From Piromyces finnis finn (taxonomy: Eukaryota > Fungi > Neocallimastigomycota): 64,000 bases of DNA. Shown in pieces: positions 24,271 through 36,000 of the stretch; positions within the stretch are counted from its first letter, which is position 1, and the number at the start of each line of letters is the position of its first letter. The position numbers were made by a program, and so were the translations under genes. The notes under the pieces were generated by a model, which had not been told where the DNA came from, did not search any database, and saw only the letters and a list, made by a program, of their open reading frames with translations. The DNA is taken from NCBI GenBank assembly GCA_002104945.1, contig MCFH01000077.1, positions 124,001 through 188,000 of the forward strand, read 5' to 3'.

Positions 24271-25008
24271 TTATTTTTTAACATTAGTATTATTATTTTT
24301 TTTGTAACATTTTACAAAACAACAACAACAACAAATTATTATTAAAATAAAAATTATTCCCGCTATAATACCTAAATTTACAAATGCTCTAGTTAAACGA
24401 TAATCAGTTGGTATATATTGAATTTTATGACATGTTCCATTATAACAAGCTTTAAACGAACAATCTATATCTTTTGTACAAGACTCACCAACCATTAGAC
24501 CACAATAAATATCACTATTACTTTCAGAAAATAAAGTAGTTTCTGTATAAATAGTATCACAACTTTCAACATTTGCATTCACATTATATGTACAAGTATT
24601 ATTAAAACATTTATTTGAAAAACATTGAGTATCAGTTTTACAATCAGTAGAGACATCAATAATTTTATTATTATTAGATTCAATATAATCACTTATTTTT
24701 TCCTCATAATTATATACATAAGGAATCATAATATATTTATGAATATAACCATTTTTATCTGGAAATTCAATAAATGGTTTAATATTAGAAGGTTCTACAC
24801 ATACACATACATTATCTTTACAATAAGCTGACAAATCAGAACGACATATTTTATAATTTGATTCGTTTTTAACCCAACTTGTAGTATTGTCAAAACGACT
24901 AATAAGTTCATCTGGAATATTGGTAGATTCAATACTTACAGTACGAGTATAACTACATTGAAGAAATAATATGTAATATATACTTAATAATAAGATGAAA
25001 TTTTTCAT
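24271..25008 (-). CDS. Cys-rich single-pass membrane protein, 245 aa
   Basis: Signal peptide, repeated CxxDxxCxSxxCxNxxC modules, C-terminal hydrophobic segment followed by a CCCCC cluster and basic tail. Confidence 0.8.
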   Translation of the reverse strand: MKNFILLLSIYYILFLQCSYTRTVSIESTNIPDELISRFDNTTSWVKNESNYKICRSDLSAYCKDNVCVCVEPSNIKPFIEFPDKNGYIHKYIMIPYVYNYEEKISDYIESNNNKIIDVSTDCKTDTQCFSNKCFNNTCTYNVNANVESCDTIYTETTLFSESNSDIYCGLMVGESCTKDIDCSFKACYNGTCHKIQYIPTDYRLTRAFVNLGIIAGIIFILIIICCCCCFVKCYKKNNNTNVKK

Positions 25009-28000
25009 TATAAATTATTTTATAAATTTTTTTATAAAATAAAATTTAAATTGTAATATCTATTATTTTATTTGTTTTAATTTAAAATAATTATTTTTGA
25101 ATTTTATTTATAATTTATTACATTTATTATTTTATTTTTGAAAATCATTTTAATAGTATTAAAAATATTTTAAAGTGTTTTAATTTATTTATTTTTTTTT
25201 AATTTTAAATTTATAAAAAATAAATGGTAGGATTGGTTCATTTCTAATATTTTAAATGATAATTCGTTGTTTTTTTAAAATAAAAAATAAAATGATTTGT
25301 TAGAAATTGAAATTATCTTGAATCCGTTTTATATCATTAAAATTGACACCAACCAATGATTATTCAGAAAAATAAATTAAAATACATTACATTATTATAT
25401 ATAAATATTATATATTATAAATAGAGAATATATCATATTAATATTTTAAGACAAAATTTATTTAATTTCAAAAAAAAAACGTTATAATAAAAGATAGTTG
25501 AATAAAAATAAGACCCGTTATTTAAATAATTATATTTATATATGTTCTATTATATATTTTATCATTTATTCTATTAGAATATTCTTTATCTTTAAAATTT
25601 TTGAAAATTAAAAATATTTAAAAATTTTAATAGTAATAAAATTTGGTTAAATTAATTAATCCAAAATTTTTATGGTACATTTAAAAATCATATTTTAAAA
25701 AAATATACTTACATATGTTGTATATTAAATATTTTCATGTTGATTGTTATGTTTTATTAATAATTTTTATTATCTTTATTTTCTTTTTAAATCAAAGAAA
25801 CATAATTTCTGTTTTATTTTGTTAATCATAAATAATTAAAAACATAAAATGATTATAAAACTTTATCTTATAAATTATGAATTTAGGGATTCCAATTTAT
25901 ATACGAATATATCATTAAATACGTTTCTATATTTTACTTTGACAAATTATTTATATGAAATGAAAAAAGTATATAGATAAAAATTTAAATTAATAATATT
26001 AGATAATTTAAATAATAACATTTAAAAATAATCATTGTTATTTTAATTTTATAATATTTATATAAATTAATAAAAATAAATATTTGATACATAATTATAG
26101 ATTTAATGGGGTAATATATAATTTATACAAAATAAAAATCTATATAAACGGAATTTTAAATATATTATTTTTATTTGTATATACAATGTAAAGTTATAAT
26201 AATTATTTGAAGCATTCTATTTTTTTTTTAAAAAAAAACATATTTATAACATTAAATGAATAAATAAAGATATTACATATTATCTGTATATATTGCATCA
26301 AATTTTAAAACAGATATAATAATCTATTTTAATATAATTAATCCAGAACTATTTCTTATTTATAAATAAAATATAAGATTTTAATAATGTAAATCTTTAT
26401 ATAATAAATAATTATAATTTTTATATAATATTATTATATAATTTTCATAAAAAATAGTATTAAAATTACTAAAAATTATTTAATATGTAAAATAATTAAT
26501 TAAAATATTTTTAATAAATAATCAATTAATAAGTATAAATAAGTTGAACAAAGAACGATTTTAAGAAGTTCTTTGTGAGATTATTAATACTCATTTTTTA
26601 TATAGTAAATTCAATATTTAAAAATTAATAATTATTATTTATATATTAATAAAAAGCTGAATAAAATAATTCTTTAAAAACTATATTTATTATTCCTTAT
26701 CTTAACACTTACTTTACTATATAATTAAGCCTATCCTAACCTAGTAGACTTAATTATAAACTTAAATCCACTTAGATTCTTGACAAAAAAAATTTGATTT
26801 CTGGACAACTAGAAAATAAAAGGTTATATATATTTTTGAATGTAAGAATTAATAATTATTTTTTGTATAAATTAATTCTTATTTAATTATTTTTTAATTA
26901 TTAAATTAATTATTTATTTAAACTATTAGCATACATTCATTTAAATTACTATAAACATTTATCTATATTGATATTAATTATTCATTTACTTAATTTAAAA
27001 TTTATTTAATTACTATATTAATTATTTATTTATTTAATTTAGTAATATATTTAAAATAATAGTAAACATTCATTTATTTTTTAATTAATAATTTTTGTAT
27101 TACATTTTATAAGTGTTAGAATATGTGTAACGTGATAAGTTTATAATATACTATGTAATATGTGTCAAACACATTGAAATTTATTTGTACTACATTAAAT
27201 ACATAAGCCATAATTGTAAATCATATAAATACATGTAATTTCACATAATGTAAACATTAGAGTCTTTAGAACAAATATCCTCATGTAATTCTTAATAATA
27301 AAATACATTAATAAAGTTGACATATTCATAAAACCCAATTAACCAAAATGTTAATAGATTAAGAGTCTCAATTGCCCTCAGTTCTCAACTAGCTCTCATA
27401 TGCTCTCATGGTACTACTAATATAAAACTTTAAAAGGACTTAATAAAATGGAAACTCCCAGCCGGACAAAATAGAAGAAAGAAAATACTAACTTATAATA
27501 AAAGCTACCTCTAGTCAACTTTAAAGAAAAACTAATATCAAAAATTAGAAGACTCTCAATACCTTAAATTAAAACTATCATTCCAATACTTAGCCAAAAA
27601 CATCAATTAGAAGAATATGACTGATATAATTACCACCATACCAAAATTCAGAAAATGAAAAATTAAAATTTACAAAAATTTTGAAATCTCAAATTGAAAT
27701 TTGAATTCTAAAATTGAAATGTCAATATAAAATTGAAAATTATGAAGTGACAAATGAACAATAAAAATGAAAGAAAATCACTACTTGTTAAAATAAAGTT
27801 TCCTTACACTAAAATAATATAGATAATTTTATATTCCGAAAATAAATTATTCTAAAATTGAATTTTGAATTTTATACTTTTAATTTAAAATTTAAAAATA
27901 AACCAAAGGAAATTAAATTCAAATAACCTTAGAACAATTTTAGTTCAATTTATTTAGAATGTTAACAATACTTATTTAAAACATAAAACATGAAACTAAG

Positions 28001-28228
28001 AAATTATTAGTTCTGAAACTATTTTAAAATTATCAATGTTAAATATTAATATAAAGTTAATAATTTAAAATCCTAAAATATATACCATAAATATATAGAA
28101 GAAAACAAATATTAATCTTAAACTACTTTATTTCGTCAAATCCGTATAAATTGTTAACAAAGCAACAATTGTTTTATTATTTACCCATCTTAATTAAAAT
28201 TTATTATTTATTATAATTTCATTAAATA

Positions 28229-29677
28229 ATGAAACTAATAAATAACATATACAATTTAATTCAAATATTTCAAATATTTTTAATTCTACCGACAACATTT
28301 GCTTTAAATGAACTATGTAATTTTAATGGAAACTACGGTGTTTGTGTAGACATAAATGATTGCAAATTGGTAGATAAACAAGAAGGAATAGCAGTTCCTA
28401 AACCAAATCTTTGCAATGGTGATAAAAACATTCAGTGTTGTATTAAAGTTGTTTCTACTCTCAGAAATGGTAATTCACTCTCAATATCTGAAAATTGTAA
28501 ATACTCATATTTTTGTCCTAATAATTATAGACAATATTATAATGAATGCCCAGGAGATAGGTATAATACATTGTGTGTATCAAATGAATCAATAGAAGAA
28601 AAATCATATTTTTTTGCTGTAGGATCAAAAGAAATAGAATTTATTAAAGATATTAAAGAAGGAAATAAAAAATACTTTTTAGATGAAATCCCAAAGTATA
28701 AAGCATATTATGAAAAGTTTAGATTTACTGAAGACGAAATAATTTCATATGCCAACACTGCATTGGATTATTTAAAAACAAGTTATCTTTTCACAAATAC
28801 AATAAATATTATGAACCTTAAACATATTGGTATTTATTTAGGATCTAAAGAGAAAGGAAGACTTTTTGAATTCGATAATAATGGATGGCATGTTAAAGAT
28901 TATACTATGGAAAAACTTGATGAAGACCATAATGATCCAAACAAATGGAATTGGACTCACTTCAAGGAATTCAGGGGATATACAAGGGTTTCTCCAGAAA
29001 GCCTTGAAGACTCATTAAATGATTATAAAGAAGTCAATCGTTACTTTAATAATAAATCATATAATCTTTTTTGTAACAATTGCCATGATTTTGTAAAATG
29101 GTGTTTAGAGATTATTACTATGGGTAAACGTCTTGTAGAACCAGAATCCATTAATATTATAAAAGACAATTATACATTTAATACAAATGAAATTGACAAT
29201 AAAAAAGCAGCCGAAAATATAAATACTATTATTAGTGATATACATAAAAAATTTCGTGCAAAAGGAAGTGGTGTAATAGATATTTTAAAGGTAGAATTAA
29301 TTTACTATTTCCTTGTAAACATAGGATTTAAAAATAACGACATCATAAATATTAAATATAATGATCATGAAATATGCGCTGGATTGGATTATATAAATCT
29401 TCTTAGAGAAAAGAATTACAATGACGTTTGTAAAAGCTATGATTATAGTGGACTTATAAATTCTAAAGCCACTATTAATGGTAAATTTATCACATCAAGT
29501 GAAAACTTTTCTAATTTTATTTTCGACAACGATTTATGTTTAGAATTAAATTCTAGCGATATAGTTGATAAATCCGATGATATCAATGGAACTGAAAACT
29601 TTAATGATATTACTTTCACAAACATTTTTATTATATTTACATCAGTCATATTCTTGGAATTATTCAATTTATACTAG
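28229..29677 (+). CDS. Secreted Cys-rich protein with a permuted papain-like (PPPDE/LRAT-like) domain and hydrophobic C-terminus
   Basis: Signal peptide ending ...LILPTTFA. Cys-rich N-terminal module (C..CVDINDC..LCNGDKNIQCCIK). Catalytic-type HIGIYLG...GYT...YNLFCNNCHDFVKWCL. Tail TFTNIFIIFTSVIFLELFNLY. Confidence 0.75.
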   Translation: MKLINNIYNLIQIFQIFLILPTTFALNELCNFNGNYGVCVDINDCKLVDKQEGIAVPKPNLCNGDKNIQCCIKVVSTLRNGNSLSISENCKYSYFCPNNYRQYYNECPGDRYNTLCVSNESIEEKSYFFAVGSKEIEFIKDIKEGNKKYFLDEIPKYKAYYEKFRFTEDEIISYANTALDYLKTSYLFTNTINIMNLKHIGIYLGSKEKGRLFEFDNNGWHVKDYTMEKLDEDHNDPNKWNWTHFKEFRGYTRVSPESLEDSLNDYKEVNRYFNNKSYNLFCNNCHDFVKWCLEIITMGKRLVEPESINIIKDNYTFNTNEIDNKKAAENINTIISDIHKKFRAKGSGVIDILKVELIYYFLVNIGFKNNDIINIKYNDHEICAGLDYINLLREKNYNDVCKSYDYSGLINSKATINGKFITSSENFSNFIFDNDLCLELNSSDIVDKSDDINGTENFNDITFTNIFIIFTSVIFLELFNLY

Positions 29678-30667
29678 AAATCCTTAATTTCGTCAACTTT
29701 ATAATATAAAGCCATTATAATTTCTACACATATATATAATTTTAAATAATCATCTATTAATATACACATTTCATAAAAATTACACTTTAATGTATTTATA
29801 ACACATAATCTAAATTCTAAATTCATTTGATTTTATTACATACATAATATACTTGATTACAAATTATATTTATCCTTACATAACATTATTATTTGTAATA
29901 TTCAAATAAATCCTCATACATTGCACCAAGAAATACTTAATTCAACTACTTAGTTTGAAACATAAATAATTAAAATATATATTAACAAATTATACATAAC
30001 AAATTAATTCGAATATATTTAATAGTTACTGCTTTTCTACAAAGCGGATATTCGAAAGAGGATGTCATTTAATAAATTTACATAATAAATAAAAAATGCT
30101 AATACAAAAATAGCATATATAAGATATTACAATAATAGTAATAATAAAACAGACTCCTCATATACTTAATTACCTATATGTTTCAACTACTATGATTTAT
30201 ACGCAACAATTATGAGTGCATTTAACTATTCAAATTACAAATCAAAATATTCTTAGAATAAAATATTTAGATTTGAGGGGGAAGAATAACCACGATAGTT
30301 AAATATAAAACATATATTAACAACTAGTCAATAAATACAAATAGTTAGGATAATATAGTACGTCACGTAATTACTCAAAGAAATAATACAAGAAAACACA
30401 ATAAGAAAAATTATCCAAAATAAACCAAATATTATAATACTACGAAAAACAATTAAAACACATAATTTACAACTTTAAGTTGATAATAAATTAATAACAA
30501 ATATTTTACTAAAATGCTAAGTTTATAATCCATAATATAAAACATATAAAATAATACCCAAAATTAAGGTTTAAAGTTTTATCCTAAGAAAAAACGAAAT
30601 ATAATAGGTTTAACAGTTTATCCAGAAAACTAAGTATAAAATCAAGTTTAATAAAATATAATTAAAT

Positions 30668-30875
30668 GACGTAAAACCAAAGAGTAGTCATAAATAATAA
30701 AGACGTAAAACCTATGAGTAAACCAAAGTGTTGTCACAAACAATAAAGACGTAAAACCCATGAGTAAACCTAAAGTGTTGTCATAAATTAATAATAGGAT
30801 GATGTAAAACCATAAAAGTATTCAATCCTTAAAACATATAATAGGATGGTGTAAATCCAAATGAGTATCCAATCC
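30668..30875 (+). repeat. Degenerate tandem repeat in the 3' internal region of the cargo element
   Basis: About five imperfect units beginning GACGTAAAACC / GATGTAAAACC / GGTGTAAATCC. Confidence 0.6.
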
Positions 30876-31948
30876 AAATAATTATTTTAAACTTGAATTA
30901 TTAAATTACATATTTTAAAGGTTTAGTTGTTTTATCCACTAAAAAGCAATATATAATATAACACATAAATATGGGTAATAATATAATTCTTGTAATTATA
31001 TAAATTCAGGATATATCTAGCAAAATAGTAATAATATAGTTTAATCATTTAGAAATCAATCATTAAAATGGTGAATTAAAATTTTAATAGTATAAAATAG
31101 TTAGATAATATAGAACATAATAATAGTAGCACATATTCACCAGTAAACCAAATTATTCCTGAAGAATAATTAGGTTTAAGGGGGAATGTTAGAATATGTG
31201 TAACGTGATAAGTTTATAATATACTATGTAATATGTGTCAAACACATTGAAATTTATTTGTACTACATTAAATACATAAGCCATAATTGTAAATCATATA
31301 AATACATGTAATTTCACATAATGTAAACATTAGAGTCTTTAGAACAAATATCCTCATGTAATTCTTAATAATAAAATACATTAATAAAGTTGACATATTC
31401 ATAAAACCCAATTAACCAAAATGTTAATAATAAGAAACATTATATATTTTATTTTACGTTTGTATTTTATATTTTTGTATCGTATCTTGAAATAACTTAT
31501 AGAAACAATTAGAAAATATAAATACATATTAGGACAATCGGATATTAAAGTTTTTCCGAATTTTAATCGGTTTTACTTAATATTACGATGATTGATATAT
31601 TAGTTATCAATCGAATATCTTTTTAGGTTTTTCTTCTAGTCTTTTCCTAAAAAGATTATTTGTTAAGATTAGAAATTCTTTATTAAACTTTAAATTATCA
31701 AAAAATTATAAATATAAGGACTCTGGAATTCCACTAAAGAATCCAGAGTTATTATTTTAAGACAATTATAATAAATAACCCTTTCAAAAACTATATTCAT
31801 AAAAAATATTTACATTAAAGATAGTCTTAATATTTTGTGCTTGTTATTATAATTCACTTATAATAAACTCTTTAAGATAAGTATTCATTTTTATTTACTA
31901 TTAAGAAACTTCTCAATTTAATAATACATATTACGATTTGTATTATTA

Positions 31949-32944
31949 TGTTAAGTTTTTGGATTTGGTTATGCGACCAGGTCAGAATGTTATCAATTAT
32001 ATAGTAAATATGTTTTTAAGAAATTAAATTTAAATATAAAATAACTCTTTAAACTTCCAAATGAGAAATTAATATTTATTCTTTAGAATAACTTTTTTAT
32101 AAAATTTTATTTATTTAGTAATAATAATATAAATGATAATATATTTAATAACTATATAATTAAGATTATAACTATAATCTTTACAAAGAATTAAAATCGA
32201 ATTCAATTCATTCTATTTTATATTCTTTGTTCAGATTATTAAATTGATAAAAATAAAGTATTACATGTAATATGTTAATAATATAATAAGATTGTTTGTT
32301 TGTTTGTTTGTTTGTTTTGTCATGACATAAAATAAAATAAACATATGATTAATCATTTAAACACTTGATCCATTAACCTATTTTATAATAATTAAAATTA
32401 TTTAATTTATAAATGTTAACCGTTACACCTAAATGGTTTAGTTCTATTTTTAGTAACAGTCACTATCATTAATTAAATTAATATAATTAGAATTTCTATT
32501 GATATCTTTTTAATTTTCGTCAAGTCATAAGAAATGTCTATGATCCATACTTGATATCATATTGATTTTAATTTACTTATTAAAATCTTCAAATGATCAT
32601 ATCTTCCTTAAATGACCAGTTAGAAGGACCGCGATTGTACCAAAATGTAGCTTTTTCCTTAAGCTTTCTAATAAACCTGGTTTCACAACCGTAGCACTTA
32701 CAGCCGTAGCGATCGTTTTTGGCGAGTTACACCTTGTTTCGTGTTTGTTTATTTTTGGTTAAGGGTTATAGTGTATTGATATTAAATTTTTTGAAATCAT
32801 AACCCTTTCACTGAACCAAAATTTAAAAGGTGACTTTTAAAGGTGTTTTAAAATAATTATTGGGATTATTTAATTCTAATTATTATGTTTAATTAATTAT
32901 AGATATTATCTGAATTTGTTTTAAATCCAGTTAATATCTTCACA
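31949..32944. mobile_element. Solo LTR, family C, copy 2
   Basis: Same TGTTAAG...CTTCACA termini as 2099-3089. 5-bp TSD TATTA. Confidence 0.8.
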
Positions 32945-33001
32945 TATTATATTGTAGATAATAATTATTATTAAATATATAATAATTATTACATTGAAAA
33001 T

Positions 33002-36000
33002 TGTCACAATAACATATATAAAAATTTAAAAAATTTGGACACATGGAAAAAATTAAAAATTTTTTTAAAATTTGAAAATTTGAAAATTTGAAAAAATTTA
33101 TTTTTTAAATTTTTATTAAAAAATTTCAAATTATAAAATTTCTAATATTTGAAATTATTAAATTTTTAAAATTATTAAAATTTTATTATTAAAAATTTTA
33201 TTTTAAATTTATTAACTATTTACAATAATTATATTAATTATTAATTTATAAAAATTAAATATTTTATAATTAGACAATAATTAATTAAAATTAAAAAATG
33301 TAATAATTAAAATTGTTCATGTATAAAAAGAACAAAAATTGACAAAAATTACGAAGCTTTAGCGTTAGTAATTTTTTAACCTAAAGTTAATAAAATTTAT
33401 AAACTCCTATAAAACCTAAAACTTTAAAAATTTTAATATTTTTAATAACTTAATATATGCTGATATTAAGTTATTGCTAAAATAAAAATATTATTTAAAT
33501 TTCTTTATATAAATATTATTAGCTTTACGCCTTCAATAGGAAAGCGTATTATATTTATTAATTAATATAACTAGTGTGCTTACCACACTTTTCTTTAATA
33601 AAAAATCGCTTTTTGACATTACTAACGCTTATTATAAAAGTGCGCTAAGCACCAATTAGTTAGTAATTATTAATAACTAAATATAATAATTAAAGTTTAA
33701 TGGAAAAATCTCCACTTACACCTATTAAAGTGGATACAAAAGAATTTTTTAACCGCCTACAAACTACCAAGAGAGAACGTTCCCCAGGAAATACTCCCGT
33801 AAGAAAATCAAAGATGCCTAATCATTCCGGACAAACTAATGCTTCTACGAGTAATCCTACTCAGAAGCCAACTACTAATGAGGATCTCAAGGCCCTCATT
33901 GAGTCTTTAACTGCTACCTTAACTGGGAATATCAATCAGTTAAAGGTTGATATTCAAGCTACCAGAAGGGAAAACGAAAGTCTCAATGATCGTTTGACTG
34001 TTTTGGAAAACTCTACTCAAGTTATTATGGGTAAGATGACTACCTTAGAAGTCAACGATGCTAGGAAAGACAATCAACTCGCTGATATCAAAGCTCATAT
34101 CAGCAAAGCTACTCAAAGAGTTGATGAGTTGTCTACTCCCGTTACTCCTTCTGCTGCTACCCCTCACGAACCTGACGGTGACGTCATCATGGGAGATGCT
34201 TCGCCTCCAAACGTCGCTGAAAAAATGCTTTCTTACTCAGGAGAAAGTATTCAACTACGCAGATTCATCCGTCGATGCGAACACCACTTCTTAAGACACA
34301 TCAAGTTCTATGGAAACAATGAAGCTATGAAAGTAAACTTCATTGAAGATTGTCTTACTGGTGATGCTGCAGATTGGTACGATGTTGAACAAGCAGACTT
34401 CCAGGAATCTCATCCGAATAGAAAGGTTCTTTACGAAGCTTTGAGTAAGAGATTCCTTAACCCGAAGGATATCAACATCACCAAAATCGACCTGATGAAG
34501 CTCAGACATAGTTGGGGAAAAGCTTCCGAATACTTAGGAAAATTCTCCCAATATGTCAAATTAATTGGATGTTCCGAAGACATTCAATTAACCATCATGC
34601 TTTTCCAAGTTAGACCTACCGTGAACCACGCCTTTAGTAAATTAACTTCGGATAGACAGACGTTAGAAGAACTGAAGAATCTTCTAATCAAATATGATGC
34701 TTCCAAGGATACTTATTACGATGATACTTTGGAAAGACAAGCTAACTACAAGGACAAAGAGCCCTTAATAGCTAATTTATTAGGTATTCATGGCAGTCTT
34801 TATTCCAAGAACCCTAACAAGACTAACAATCGTAATAACAACCAAAGGAATAACAATAACAACAACCGCCCGTCTAACCAAAAAGGAAAAGGCTCCAGTA
34901 ACTTGGATAGCAAGTCTAGTACCCAAAATCCCAATAAAAGTACTAAACCTAATAATGGTACTTCATACTCCAGCTATCTCTGTGAAGTAGAAGAGCAAGA
35001 TATCTTAGAGCTACCAAATCCTGATCCGGAGAAGTATCCCATCGTGAAGACTAGTGTAAAAACTTCTAAAGGATCTAGACAGGTTATCACTTCGTCTCTC
35101 TTAGATTCCGGCTCTACTACCAATGTAATCCATATGGATTTAGTGAAGAAACTAGGAATTAAGACCATACCAGCTGATACTGTTGTAAAGGTCATGGGAG
35201 GTAATGTCCTAATGCATTACATCACAGAAGAGTTCAACATTGTAATGAACTTATCTTCTTTAGGAGGAACCCGAGAAGAGGTTCGTCAATACAAACTTCG
35301 ATGCCACGTAGCTGATCAGCTTCCTTCTTCGATTCTCCTAGGTTCTAAGTTCATGAAAACCAACTTCTTCTGTATCTTAACACAACCTGACCATTCCTTT
35401 ACAGTTAAAATTGGTCCTGTTCCTTTCTCCAACCATAATGGATCTGAGATTAAATCTCCTAACTTTAGGAATGATTTGAAGAAATCTACACCTCTTCATG
35501 AAGTTATGTTTATCACAGAACTCGAAGACTCAAATCTGGATAAATCAACTTCCATTCCAACAGAAACAGTCTTCATAGCCGATGATCAGAATCCTGAACT
35601 AGTAGAATCTATCAACGGTATACCTTTGGAATATGAAGATTTATATGAAGCCTTCAATGAAGAACGAGCCGATGAACTTCCTGAACATCGTGTATATGAT
35701 TGTTCTATCGATTTGAAACCTAATGCTTCATTATTTTATGGGCCAATTTATCCAACTACTCCTACTGAACGTCAATTTATTAAGGAGTATATTGAAGAAA
35801 ACTTGAATAAAGGATTCATTAGAAAATCCCGATCTCCTGCTGGACATCCAGTTCTACTCCAAGATAAGAAGGATGGTAGTCTCAGATTTTGCGTTGACTA
35901 TCGCAAGCTCAACGACCAAACTATCAAGAATGCCTATCCGCTACCTTTAATCCTATCAGTCTTTGAATCAATGAAAGGTGCTAACTATTTCACTAAGTTA

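Larger units (their letters stand above)
27114..31429 (+). mobile_element. Non-autonomous Copia-type LTR element carrying a non-TE cargo gene
   Basis: 243-bp LTRs at 27114-27356 and 31187-31429 that read as identical. 5-bp TSD ATAAG (27109-27113 and 31430-31434). PBS GATTAAGAGTC at 27357-27367. PPT AAGGGGGAA at 31178-31186. No gag/pol ORF inside. Confidence 0.9.

Noticed and set aside
27400-27660. gag remnant after the PBS of the cargo element
   Set aside because: Only short stop-interrupted frames; similarity to Copia gag is too weak to support by eye.
30668-30875. CRISPR-like repeat array (also 48200-48340 and 52540-52620)
   Set aside because: Units are degenerate tandem repeats without unique spacers, in a eukaryotic context with no cas genes.
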